Part shown: piece after piece, positions 1-12,216 of the stretch
Position numbering within the stretch: position 1 is the stretch's first letter
How the letters are laid out: every line of letters begins with the position of its first letter
NCBI RefSeq assembly: GCF_006345805.1
Contig: NC_043011.1
Coordinates: 49,178,464 to 49,242,463, forward strand
Reading direction: 5' to 3'
Length of the DNA: 64,000 nucleotides
DNA from: Octopus sinensis
Taxonomy: Eukaryota
Translations under genes and position numbers: made by a program
Notes under the pieces: model-generated
The model's input: only the letters and a program-made list of their open reading frames with translations
What the model was told of the DNA's origin: nothing
Database searches by the model: none

Positions 1-125
1 TATCTACTAATGTAGAGAATATACAGATCTGTCTATTTTGATGTGTACACCATGGTTTTTTATTTTCAAGTGTCATGTCATTTACACCTATTTAATAAAT
101 ATTATTATTATTATTATTATTATTA

Positions 126-156
<31 letters not shown>

Positions 157-297
157 ATTATTATTATTGTTGTTGTTGTTGTTTTTATTATTATTATTAT
201 TCTCTGTTACTGAGCACCTGTTGAAGCTTCATGCAGAGGTGCTTTCATTATATACCATTCATTCATTTCTTTAATTACCATGCATACACACACATAT

Positions 298-548
298 ATG
301 GAGGCACATGGCTTAGTGGTTAGGGTTTCAGCATCATGATCGTGAGATTGTGGTTTCGATTCCTGGACCAGGCGATGCGTTGTTTTCTTGAGCAAAACAC
401 TTCATTACACGTTGCTCCAGTCCACTCAGCTGACAAAAATGAGTAACGCTGTGATAGACTGGTGTCCCATCCAGCTGAGGAACACATACACCATAGAAAT
501 CGGGAAACTGGGCCCATGAACCTGACTAGGCTTTAAAAGGGTGCATTT
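298..548 (+). mobile_element. tRNA-derived SINE, family C (CORE/V-domain-like body)
   Basis: Box A-like TGGCTTAGTGG, box B-like GGTTTCGATTCC, then CTTGAGCAAAACACTT and GTGATAGACTGGTGTCCCATCCAG. Related copies at ~18503-18800 (+), ~55045-55380 (+), ~58080-58260 (-), ~62275-62390 (+). Confidence 0.7.
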
Positions 549-606
549 ATTCATATCTTATATATATATATAGTCCACAGATGATATATACATGTGTGTG
601 TGTATG

Positions 607-641
<35 letters not shown>

Positions 642-875
642 CCCTGTGTGTGTATATACATTTAATTTAGATTCAGATGAATATGGTACTTAAGTTGAAG
701 GCACCAGAATTTAGTATGGTATTATCCATATAATTTAAAATAAGGTGATTATAATCAAACTAAGCAACAAGTATATCTAGAGGTAATGCAGTACGATCGT
801 TTCATATATATATGTATATATATATATATGTGTGTGTGTGTAATCAAAATAAGCAACAAGGATATCCAGAGGTAA

Positions 876-962
876 TGCAGTATGATCGTTTCATGCAACT
901 CTCTTTAATTGAACAATGCAAACATTACATCAATTTAAAATGTAGAGCAATCTTCAGCTGCA
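876..962 (-). ncRNA. Type I hammerhead ribozyme motif with long stem II insert
   Basis: Minus strand: TGCAG-CTGAAGA-TTGC...GCAT-GAAA-CGATCAT-A-CTGCA. Stem I TGCAG/CTGCA. A partial tandem copy at 787-805 keeps the perfect palindrome ACGATCGT and a GUA site. Confidence 0.55.
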
Positions 963-1382
963 CAAAGACATAGAATTTAATTAAATTCGAATGACTCATT
1001 TGTATAAATTTTTAATCCAAAATCACGAAGAGGATAAGGAGAAAGACAAAGAACATGTTGTAACTCTGTTACAACTGTGATGTTGTTGGTAAAACATGTG
1101 TATATACATTTATGTATGTATGTCTGTATGTATGTAAGTATGTATGTTATGCATGCTGAAGTGCTGAGGACATGAAGTGGTTGAGTTGGTTGGAGCCTGT
1201 AGGAAGGTGGACATATGTGGATATGAAACTAAGTGTTGAAAACTAATCTCAATTAGGTGATCTCCTTGAAGTATATGACATCTACTGTCCTCTATGTACT
1301 TCTTTCCTTCTTATCACCTGATCTATATAAGCCACCCTGTCTCTGATCCAGGGTACTATATCAACTAACCGTGTGTTATTAA

Positions 1383-1800
1383 AATAATAAAAATAATGAA
1401 ATTATTGTATACAGTGCTCAGGTGCACCACAACTTGTCAAAAGTGCGGATAAAGTATATGCAGTAATGTACAAATGTCTGGAAAGTGAACAGTGTATGAG
1501 TCAGATACATGTTTGCATGAGTATGGAGGGGAGAAAATCAGGTGTAGTGTTGGCGAATCTGAGGAAGCATGGAAGTTTCGAAGGATGCAGTGCTCCGACA
1601 ACTAACAACTGATGCTGGCAGTTTGTTCCATACTTCAGCAACTCTTGAGGAAATGTATCAAATTTCTGTATATCTAATCCCTCCACCATTAACTGCTCTT
1701 CATCTCTCTACCTCTTCTGAACGACCACTTTATCTCTCTTACTTCACAATGCCTGTGTAATGAGGGATGACACTGAATTTATCCATAGCTGCTTAACCAG
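1383..1800 (-). mobile_element. CR1-clade LINE 3' end (5'-truncated)
   Basis: Minus-strand translation RVAEVWNKLPASVVSCRSTASFETSMLPQIRQHYT* fits the CR1 ORF2 C-terminal RVV..WN.LP..VV motif. It is followed by a short 3' UTR and an (ATT)-rich tail. Confidence 0.7.
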
Positions 1801-3040
1801 TAACTCTGCATCGATCTTCTTCATTCAAAATGGCTACACTTGCTTTTTCTCTCTACCCTCTGTGTGATCTTTTGTGCATGTGTATTTTTGCTACATGTAT
1901 CATCATCATCATTTTAACATCTGCTTTTCTATGCTTGCATGAGTTGCATGAAGCTTATTGAGGCAGGTTTTCTATGGCTGGATGCCCTTCCTGTCATGAA
2001 CCCTCACCTGTTTCCAAGGAAGATAATATTTCTCTATAAGAAACATGTCCCCATAGAATACTGCAAATGAATGACATTCACATAATATCAAAACAGTAAG
2101 ATACAAATATATATACACACACACCCACATACATATTTATTCTTTTCTATGCTAGGCACAAGGCCCGAAATTTTGGTGGTGGGGGTGCCAGTCGATTAGA
2201 TCGGCCCCAAAACACAACTGGTACAAAATTTATTGATCCCGAAAGGATGAAAGGCAAAGTTGACCTTGGCAAAATTTGAACTCAGAACGTCAAGGCTGAT
2301 GAAATTTCACCAGGCATGCTAACATTTCTGCCAGCTTGCCACCTTCACATACAACATACATATATATTGCCATGGCCAAAACTTTGGAACATTTTTTAAA
2401 AATTAAAATTGTTATGCCCAAGTACAATTCTATTCAAATATATACAACATATATATTTGGGCACTTAATATAAAGATTCTAATTTTCAGACTTATGTTCC
2501 AAACTTTTGGCCAAGTAATAATATATTGCAAACTTTCTACAATGGATTTTGGTAAGCAGTGTCGATATTTACAATCGTGTAAATGATTTTAATAATATTT
2601 TTATAATATTATTATAATATAATATAATTTTTTTTTCTAGTTTCAGCTCAGAGCTGCGGCCATGCTGATGCACCGCCATTAAATAATATATAATATTATT
2701 ATAATAAGCAATCATCACTTATATGCTTTAAGCTTATAATATTATTATTGTTATTTACATATTGCAAATTGAATATAGAGAAAGGAGTAAGCAGAGCTGG
2801 AGCACACATGAGGAGGGAAAGTGTCACAGAAGAGGTCACAGATGTGTGATGAAAGATTCCTGAACAATGGACATGAGTTAGAATAAGAACAGTAATAAAC
2901 GAGTGAAGAATGAATATATTGTGTGTGTGTTTCTTTGGAAAAAAAAAAGAGAAAATGACCATCTCAAAATACAACTATAAATTAAATATAACTTTGGCCA
3001 TTTAGCACAAAAATTCTATATCCCAAGCTTTTGGCCATGA

Positions 3041-3074
<34 letters not shown>

Positions 3075-3076
<2 letters not shown>

Positions 3077-3455
3077 TCTTTTACTAGTTTCAGTTATTTG
3101 ACTGTGGCCATGCAGGAGTATTGCCTTTAGTCGAGCAAATCAACTCCAGAACTTAATCTTTGTAAGCTTAGTACTTATTCTATCAGTTGCTTTTGCCAAA
3201 CCGCTAAGTTATAGTGACGTAAACACACCAGCATCGGTTGTCAAGCAATGTTGGGGAGACAAATACAGACACACAAATATATAGACACACACATATATAT
3301 ACATATATATGACGGGCTTCTTTCAGTTTCCATCTACCAAATCCACTCACAAGGCTATAGGAGAAGACACTTGCCCACGGTGCCATGCAGAGGGACTGAA
3401 CTCGGAAACATGTGGTTCATAAACAAGCTACTTACCACACAGCCACTCCTACGCC
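3075..3455 (-). mobile_element. tRNA-derived SINE, family B (head + internal (TA)n + 3' body), near full length
   Basis: Same bipartite element recurs at 19678-20088 (-), 32601-33210 (+), 40342-40705 (+), 46045-46390 (-), 51820-52210 (+), 57221-57580 (+). Head GGAGTGGCTGTGTGGTAAG...GGTTC(A/C)GAGTTCAGTCCC; tail AAGTAAAAGAG. Confidence 0.8.
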
Positions 3456-3681
3456 TATATATATATATATATATATAAAATTTTATCCAAGGTATATTCC
3501 ATTTGGGGCATAGCAGAGTACAAAATAGGGATCATTCGCCTTTAAAATTACCAAATAGCCAGTAGTATTATGATATATTTCCAAGTCATGCAAGAAATTC
3601 ACTCATCCATCAAGAACGATGAATGTGTTAGAAGCGAAGTTGAAGGTTTTGTAATTAAAAGGGACAGCAATTGAATATTAC

Positions 3682-3737
3682 CTGAGGAAATACAACTGGA
3701 TCCTATTATACAGATAAACCATTGCATAATCAAATTC
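3682..3737 (-). CDS. Candidate 56-nt internal exon (EFDYAMVYLYNRIQLYFL), unassigned
   Basis: Minus strand acceptor ttcttcatctgtgcag and donor CAG|gtaata bound an open segment. No partner exon identified. Confidence 0.2.
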
Positions 3738-3835
3738 CTGCACAGATGAAGAACTATGTTGTATGGAAATAATATGTGTAGTGTTAAAAAAATAACTGTC
3801 CAACCATACTCCTTCTCACTGACTCTATCTAATTC

Positions 3836-3872
<37 letters not shown>

Positions 3873-4206
3873 ATACATGGAGGCATAGCATAAATTTGAT
3901 CCTTGATCACCAAATTTCACTTCATAAAACTGAAACAGTGATTCTGTCAAGAAATGCACTCATCAAAGCAAGCAGGATTGTTTTAGCAACATTCTTTTAC
4001 TTTTTTTATTCCTTTATTTGTTTCAGTCATCTGACTGCAGCCATGCTGGTGCACCGCCTTTAATTGTAGAAATCCAGCCCAGGACTTATTCTATCGGTCT
4101 CTTCTGCTGACCCGCTAAGTCACGAGGGACGTAAACACACCAGCATCAGTTGTCAAGTGATGGTAGGGGGAGACAAGCACAGACACACAAACATATACAT
4201 ACATTC

Positions 4207-4237
<31 letters not shown>

Positions 4238-4300
4238 CATACATACATACATACATACATACCTATATATATATATATATGTATATATCTATCTCTATAT

Positions 4301-4337
<37 letters not shown>

Positions 4338-5504
4338 ATATATTATATAATATATATATATATATTTATGTATGTATGTATATGTTTGTGTGTCTGTACT
4401 TGTCCCCCTACCATCACTTGACAACCGATGCTGGTGTGTTTATGTCCCCATAACTTAGCGGTTCAGCAAAAGAGACTGATAGAATGAGTACTAGGCTTAC
4501 ATAGAATAAGTCCTGGGATCGATTTGCTCGACTAAAGGCGGTGCTCCAGCATGGCCACAGTCAAATGACTGAAACAAGTAAAAGAGTAAAAGAGAATTGT
4601 TTTCTGATCTGTGAATATATCTACCAAGAAAATATTGTATTACATTATATTATTCTAAACTCATATTTAAGGAACCTCCTTCTAGATTGTCATTAAAATT
4701 ACATTCCAAGTATATTTTCTAAACATCTATCTGCTATCTTTTTTTATTTGTTTCTGTCATTAGGCGGGGGCCATGCTGGGGCACTATCTTGAAAACTTTT
4801 TGTCAAGCAAATTGACCTCAATAATTGTTACTCTTTTACTCTTTTACTTGTTTCAGTCATTTGACTGCAACCATGCTGGAGCACCGCCTTTAATCGATGA
4901 ACTCGACCCTGCGACTTATTCTTTTGTAAGCCCAGTACTTATTCTATCGGTCTCTTTTGCCGAACCGACAGGCTTCTTTCAGTTTCCATCTACCAAATCC
5001 ACTCACAAGGCTTTGGCCGGCCCGAGGCTATAGTAGAAGACACTTGACCAAGGTGCCATGCAGTGGGACTGAACCTGGAACCATGTGGTTGGTGAGCAAC
5101 CTACTTACCACACAGCCACAACTACACCTGTTATTCATTTTTTAAGCCTGTTACTTATTCTATCACTTATGGGGATGTAAACACACCAGCACTGGTCAGC
5201 TAGTGGAGGGAGAAACATAGACACAAAGACACACACATATATGCATGTAGATGATGGACTTCTTTCAGTTTCCATCAACCAAGTACATTCACAATGCTTT
5301 GGCTGGCTTGAAGCTATAGAATAAGACACTTGCCCAAGGTGCCATACAGTGGAACTGAACCCAGAGCCATGTGAATGGGAAGCAAACTTCTTACTACACA
5401 GCAACGCACGCATGCACACACACACTGGTTGTAATTTACTTCCCCTTAAACCTTTCATCCTATATGAGGAAAGGGGATCCAGTAAAACAGAGAAGTCAAG
5501 AAAG

Positions 5505-6102
5505 GCAGAGAGCTGGCAGAAACGTTATCACGTCGTGCGAAATGTTTAGCGGTATTTCGTCTGCTGCTACATTCTGAGTTCAAATTCTGCCGAGGTCGAC
5601 TTTGCCTTTCATCCTTTCAGGGTCGATTAAATAAGTACCAGTTACATACTGGGGTCGATATAATCGACTTGATCCATTTGTCTGTCCGTTTTTGTCCCTT
5701 CTGTGTTTAAATCCTTGTAGGTAGTAAAGAAATAGGTATTTCATCTGCCGTTACGTTCTGAGTTCAAATTCTGCTGAGGTCGACTTTACCTTTCATCCTT
5801 TCGGGGTCGATTAAATAAGTACCAGCTACATACTGGGGTCGATGTAATCGACTTAATCCGTTTGTCTGTCCTTGTTTGTCCCCTGTGTGTGTGGCCCCTT
5901 GTGGGTAGTAAAGAAATAGGTATTTCGTCAGCTGCTACGCTCTGAATTCAAATTCCGCCGAGGTTGACTTTGCTTTTCATCCTTTTGGGGTGGATTAAAT
6001 AAGTACCAGTTACGCACTGGGGTCTATGTAATCGACTTAATCCATATGCCTGTCCTTATTTGTCCCCTCTGTGTGTAGCCCCTTGTAGGCAATAAAGATA
6101 TA
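5505..6102 (+). mobile_element. tRNA-derived SINE family A, tandem trimer
   Basis: One head (GAGCTGGCAGAAACG, box A) followed by three ~180-bp body copies, each with box B GAGTTCAAATTC (variant GAATTCAAATTC in the third) and ending AAAGA(A)ATA. Confidence 0.8.
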
Positions 6103-6203
6103 AGAGAAGTCAAATACGAGGGTCAATTTAATCTACTCAACTATCTCTTTAAAATTTTCAGGCCCTTTACCTAACTTTGAAACAATTATTATCAATTATT
6201 ATC

Positions 6204-6501
6204 AATCAGCTAGTTAACTAATTAACTGATCATCTGATCTGATATCTGATCAATCATTGCATCGATCAATCGGTCGATTCCTGAGAGTCCTTTTGTCACT
6301 GTTGGTGGCATTATCAGTTATCAATAATGAGCCATCAATCTGTCACTTTTCTTTTTGTAGGCTGCAATGAGAGAACCGCGTATGAGCTCACGTCATTGAT
6401 AACGACAAAGATTGCAATAAAAGGAATCAGATGAGGTGACTGATTGATCGATCAAATGCTTGATCAAAGTATTAATTAGTTAATTAGTGAACTAGTTGAT
6501 T
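6204..6501. mobile_element. Old foldback/MITE-like element
   Basis: AATCAGCTAGTTAACTAATTAACT (6204-6227) matches the reverse complement of 6478-6501 at 22/24. Inner inverted pairs ATCGATCAATC/GATTGATCGAT and GTTATCAAT/ATTGATAAC. Confidence 0.6.
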
Positions 6502-6507
6502 AATAAT

Positions 6508-6539
<32 letters not shown>

Positions 6540-6754
6540 GTTAACTATAAACCACATGTGGGTTTTTATTGGCAATATGACAATTTCAACATACAATAAT
6601 ATATGTATATATATATGAGTGTGTGTATGTGCGTGTACATGTGTGTATGTGTATAAATGTGTGTATATACTTACATCAATACACGTACACACACACACAC
6701 ATATATATATAAATTTGAATTATATGTATATACATACATATATATATGTATATA

Positions 6755-6805
<51 letters not shown>

Positions 6806-6995
6806 ATCTGGATGTTGATATAGATAACTATACATAACTACATACAATACATGCATACACACATAGACATATATATGAACACACATAAGCACACACTTAC
6901 ATACACACACACGCACGCACAAATACACACATTAGGTTAATGTTTGTTTTTATGTTCAGTTATGATAAAACCATTAACATATTTGTTTTTGCAAG

Positions 6996-7527
6996 ATTCC
7001 TGGTGTGAAATGTGATGAAACAGATAGTGTTGCAACTGGTATGGTTATATTTTGCCAATTAAACACACATTATTTATTTGATCTTCATTTTAGTTTTATT
7101 ATTATTATTATTATTATTATTTTTAAGTTTTAGTTTGTCAGTCAAAGAACTGTTGTCACACATTCTGCGACCTCTTCAACAAATCTCTATGCAAGGTGTC
7201 TCCTCTTATCTTGCTTTTTTCAGTTTTTTACCTTCTCTGGTATGTATTTCTATCTGCACATGTGTTTACATCTGTATCTGTGTGTGTGTGTGTGTGTGTG
7301 TGTGTGCATGTGTCCTGTGTATGTGCATATGGGTTTGTCTATTACACTGTTTGTAATTATCTTATATTTATTTATTTATCTATTTATTTTACTCTTTCTC
7401 AGTCTGTGTTTAGTATGTGTGTATGTGTCTTGTGTCCATGTGTATAAGAGTTTGCATATTACACTGTTAGTACCCATGTCATTTATTTATTTTTCATCAT
7501 TCTGTTTTTAGTCATCAGGTTTTGTAA
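6996..7527 (+). CDS. Candidate three-exon 3' end of a small Cys-rich protein (6996-7038, 7134-7239, 7512-7527)
   Basis: GT-AG-bounded segments join in frame to IPGVKCDETDSVATVCQSKNCCHTFCDLFNKSLCKVSPLILLFSVFYLLCHQVL*. An alternative acceptor at 7141 gives a different open frame, so this is ambiguous. Confidence 0.25.
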
Positions 7528-8104
7528 TGTGGTGGAGTGGTGGGGACAGGTGTTATTATTCCATTCATGTTTCCTATTGAGGCTCGGTCCATCTTCAATT
7601 ATGTATCTGGTCTCTGTAACCTGTCTGAGTGTCGTGTCTCTTCTATGTACCAATAAGATCCTAACATCTATGTTGTCAGCTGAGCCTGCATTTTCTAATT
7701 GTATATGTTGGTAGGGCACTGATGAGCTTTTCTCCCCATATATATTATTCTTTCATTTAAATACCTCTCTGGCTTTTCTCAGAATATATCTTATCTTAAC
7801 ATTCTTTTTTGTATGTGTTCATGTATTGTAGATATTACTTCAGTACACTTTCAATTCAACCTGTATTGGATTACTTTGATAATATTGTGATAACATGAAA
7901 CGTTATTTTAACGTCTTTTCTATATCTAAATATGTTGGCACAATAGATACGATGTTTGGTAATGTATGATGTAATCATCAAAGCTGTGATTTTCCCCATT
8001 CTTGTTGTTGTTGTTGTCACACACTCTGAATTCCTTGAAATTCTTCAAGGCAATATTTGGATTCAGTTATTATGTACAAGGAATTACTTTGGATGCTAAT
8101 ACCT

Positions 8105-8545
8105 ATTTCTTTACTGCCCACAAGGGGCTAAACATAGAGGGAAAAAACAAGGACAGACAAAGGGATTAAGCCAATTACATTGACCCCAGTGTGTAACTGG
8201 TAATTAATTTATCGACCCCGAAAGGATGAAAGGCAAAGTCAACCTCGGCAAAATTTGAACTCAGAACATAAAGACAGACGAAATACTGCTAAGCATTTCA
8301 CCAAACATGCTAACGTTTCTTATTTCATTATTGCCTACAAGGGGCTAAACATAGAGGGGACAAACAAGGACAGACAAAGGGATTAAGTCGATTACATCGA
8401 CCCCAGTGGGTAACTGGTACTTAATTTATCAACCCCAAAAGAATGAAAGGCAAAGTCGACCTCAGCGGAATTTGAACGCACAACGTAATGGCAGACGAAA
8501 TACCGCTAAGCATTTCGCCCAGCATGCTAATGCCTCTACCGGCTC
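8105..8545 (-). mobile_element. SINE family A dimer
   Basis: Two consecutive reverse-complement copies of the family A body (TATTTCTTTA...GAATTTGAAC...CATGCTAA). Confidence 0.75.
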
Positions 8546-8760
8546 CGTTTCTGTCTGTTTGTTTGCACTTATGCATCTCAGACAATTTGTTCAGCTGCAG
8601 GTGGTGACATTGTTGACATTGCCCCTGCCACCAGATCATCCACTGGCTTTGCACTTTCAAAAGTTCATGGAATAAGATGTCTCTTAAACACACAAAACAC
8701 ACACAAAGTTTAGTGAGGGCAAGCATATCCATCAAGAAATCAGTAACTCAATTATATATT

Positions 8761-8993
8761 AAGGCGGCGAACTGGCAGAAACGTTAGCACGCCGGGCGAA
8801 ATGCGTAGCCGTATTTCGTCTGTCATTACGTTCTGAGTTCAAATTCCGCCGAGGTCGACTTTGCCTTTCATCCTTTCTGGGTCGATAAATAAAGTACTAG
8901 TTTCGCACTGGGGTCTATGTAATCGACTTAATCCCTTTGTCTGTCCTTGTTTGTCCCCTCTCTGTTTAGCCCCTTGTGGGTAGTAAAGAAATA
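8761..8993 (+). mobile_element. SINE family A, near-consensus monomer
   Basis: AAGGCGGCGAACTGGCAGAAACGTTAGC (box A), GAGTTCAAATTCC (box B), ends GTAAAGAAATA. Further copies at ~2140-2345, 11405-11600, 20298-20512, 23450-23810, 31280-31640, 32158-32570, 42460-42675, 46678-46895, 62850-63070. Confidence 0.85.
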
Positions 8994-9539
8994 TATATAT
9001 TAATCTAACCCATACTGGCAAAGAATGGTAAAATGAACGTAAATGTGAAGGAATTAACGGATTCCTTCTATAAATCTTGCAAAGTACATATATTGTGCGC
9101 AAATTAAGTATTTGGGTCAAAGCCATTTATCAAGAAAATAAAACAACAAAAAAACACCAAAACACTCCATAGTATTTTAAAATACTTGCATTCTTTCATT
9201 CCTTCCTTCCTTCCTTCCTTCCTTCATTCATTTATTTATTTATATTACTGAATCTGTGATATCTGCATCTACTAAATCGACGACATTATGTTAAGACTGG
9301 AAGATTAAGTAGTGATGGTGGTGGTGGGGCGGCGAGTAAGAATTCAGTCTGTGAAAAATTGTTCATTCATCAAAGAGCTGTCATAAATTATAACGCCAAC
9401 AATAGACTGGAATACTAATTATCTTCACAGAGGTAAACTTCAAAAGAAAAAAACGGTGGGGCAAACTCCGAAACTTCTCGACAATCCTTTCTCCTTCAGG
9501 TTATATATACTTCTTTATTTTTTTTGTTTTTTTTTCAAG

Positions 9540-9555
9540 TAGCGCCGCCAAGTGA
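9540..9555 (-). promoter_or_regulatory. CTCF-like motif in a unique-looking island
   Basis: TAGCGCCGCCAAGTGA (reverse complement TCACTTGGCGGCGCTA) resembles the CTCF core CCACTAGGTGGCGCTA. Confidence 0.25.
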
Positions 9556-9657
9556 GAAGAGCAAGAACACTGAGAATACTGAGCACTGAGACAGTTCTTC
9601 TGGCTTGGCTTCATTCCAATCTCCACTTCTTTACTTAAGAAAAAAGGGAATAAAAGC

Positions 9658-9692
<35 letters not shown>

Positions 9693-9871
9693 GTGTGTGT
9701 GTCTGTCTGTCTGTCTATATATATATATATAAATATATATATATACATATATATATATGTATATGTGTATATATATATGTATGTATGTGTATATATATAT
9801 ATACATACATGCATATATATATATATACACATGTATACATACATGCATATATATATATGTATATATATGTA

Positions 9872-9913
<42 letters not shown>

Positions 9914-10110
9914 CATATATGTATGCATATATATATCATTACTTATACACATGTGCATTTGTGTGTATGTGTACATATATAATATTAGGTATAACAACAG
10001 CAATAACAAGAATAATGATGATAATGAAGATGACAATGATGATGATGATGTTGATAATAACAATAGTATTAATGATAATATTATCATTTATATTATTACT
10101 ATCATCATCA

Positions 10111-10154
<44 letters not shown>

Positions 10155-10559
10155 TGTGATAATAAGGATTATTAATATATTCTTTATTTTTCTTTATTGT
10201 AGTGATAAATTTCTGGTCACGATTTTTACCATCTTGTTCATAGTCGTAAATATTTTGTATGTATTGGAATGTGTGTGTGTGTTGTGCGTATATATGCGCA
10301 TATATACCTCAGTAATTGTGTGCATGCATGTGTGTATATAATTGAGTCTGCTAATGCATATTCACGTATATGTATGTGTACGTATGCATATATATAAATA
10401 TAAATATATATATATTTATATATGTATGTATCTATTTTTAAGTATATAGTACATATAGGTGTATATATGATATCACATATATGTGCATGTAAATACATGC
10501 ATTTATAAATATAGATGTATGTTTATATGCATATATATATATACTACATACACACAAAG

Positions 10560-10599
<40 letters not shown>

Positions 10600-10643
10600 C
10601 ACACACACATATTTGTGTGTATGTGTACTACATAAAAAGACAC

Positions 10644-10679
<36 letters not shown>

Positions 10680-10789
10680 CTGTTATAAGTGTGCATATAT
10701 GTCTAAGTCTGCACACACACATGGACATACATACACACACAAGCACACACATACATATATGAATGAATATATAAGTGTATTATTAAGAG

Positions 10790-11172
10790 GTATTCTGCCA
10801 GGAAATGGACAACACTGATGGCATCTTTTGAAGTCACCTTTTCAACACATGACATTTAATCAATCATCTAATTTATTCCAGCACTTCATACTTTCTTTCT
10901 GAGTGTTCTCTTCTTTTCAAGTAACAAGTTCTTCACATCAGATGTTGTCCATCAATAGTATTCTCCAGCTTGCAAGTTCTCACTCAAAACAATACTCAAG
11001 TGTCCCTCCCACCACTCATGAGAGCCAAACTCAATTTTTTGTCATGGATTTTTTCGTCGTTTCTTTTCCAGTTTTTCTTTTGAAACCAAACTCTTTTGAC
11101 TCTCTTTTACACACAGAGTATTTCCCTCTTTGAGAACGGCATGAATACCACATAATCTTATTATAAGTCTGC
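10790..11172 (-). pseudogene. Degenerate coding-like relic of unknown origin
   Basis: With one frameshift reads DYVVFMPFSKREILCV*KRVKRVWFQKKNWKRNDEKIHDKKLSLALMSGG/TLEYCFE*ELASWRILLMDNI*CEELVT*KEENTQKESMKCWNKLDD*LNVMC*KGDFKRCHQCCPFPG. All five stops in the second part are TGA. Confidence 0.3.
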
Positions 11173-11176
11173 TTAA

Positions 11177-11399
11177 CCCTTTCGTTACCAACTCAGCTGA
11201 AACCACCTCTCTGGCTCCATAGTATAAATGTCTTATTTTCATAAGCTTTGAATTAAAATCTTCCACCAAACCTTAATCACAATTTATGTTCCTAAAACTA
11301 GCTGAATGATAACTAAGTTATTTTACTAAATTCTTTGTTATATTTAAAGTAATTGAAAGAAACACAGAGCATCTCAAAATAAATACAGTAATGAAAGGG
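11177..11399. mobile_element. piggyBac-like MITE (223 bp)
   Basis: TTAA at 11173-76 and 11400-03. TIRs CCCTTTCGTTAC / GTAATGAAAGGG (11/12 match). Confidence 0.75.
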
Positions 11400-12216
11400 T
11401 TAAGGCAGCAAGCCAACAGGATCATCAGCAAATTGGATTAAATGCTTAGTGACATTTTGCCCATCATTACATCCTGAGTTCAAATTCCACAAAAGTCAAC
11501 TTTGCTTTTCATCCTTTTGGGATCAATAAAATAAGTACCAGTCAAATGTAACTGACTTTCCCCCTCCCAGAAATCGATGACCTTATTCCAAAATTTGAAA
11601 TCAATATTTTGTTGAAATAATATACATGCTGGAAATGAACAGATGTACAAGCTAAGTCCATTTTGTGGACATTGGCAGCATCTCTTTGCATTTGTTTGGT
11701 TGATGCTGGTCACTTCTGAGATGAGCCTCTAGTCCAACCAGCAACTTGCAAGTTGGACATTTCATCTTATTCAGTGGCCTTTGTCCTTTTGAGTGGCATT
11801 GAGTTTTAAACTACCTTCATGACTACAGATTTTGTTATGTCAGCCACATGGAAAATCAATCAGCGCATTATGTTTTCAGTGTCATTAGAAACATGACTCT
11901 GCCTTTAACTAAGCAATCCTGCTTTAGAACGACAGACATAAACACAGGCCTTGCTTTGCAGGGTCTATTAGGTCAGCTTTTTTGGAGGAGGGGGACTACA
12001 GGGTCCATATGTCCTGCAGAAAATTTGCATATATGCATATGACTATGCATACATACATGCAACAGTACATGCATGCATACATCCATACACACACATATCT
12101 TTGTAAATATATATATATATATATATTAAATTCAAATTATGATGAACGTAAACAAACAAACGAAGTTTGCTTTAGAAGCGTTGAGATGTCTTAGAAAGTT
12201 AAAGAAGTGATTTTAA

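Noticed and set aside
2778-2852. EKGVSRAGAHMRRESVTEEVTDV*, ending in a PDZ-binding-like TDV
   Set aside because: No convincing acceptor or start; too short to distinguish from chance.
6361-6437. Exon-like segment GCNERTAYELTSLITTKIAIKGIR*
   Set aside because: It lies within the inverted-repeat element 6204-6501.
8761-8850. tRNA gene
   Set aside because: Boxes A and B are present but there is no full cloverleaf; these are SINE heads.
9605-10500. Many 60-260 aa ORFs of YI/CV/HT/YVCM type here and throughout the window
   Set aside because: Translations of (TA)n, (CA)n, (TACA)n and (ATT)n microsatellites, which lack stops in some frames.
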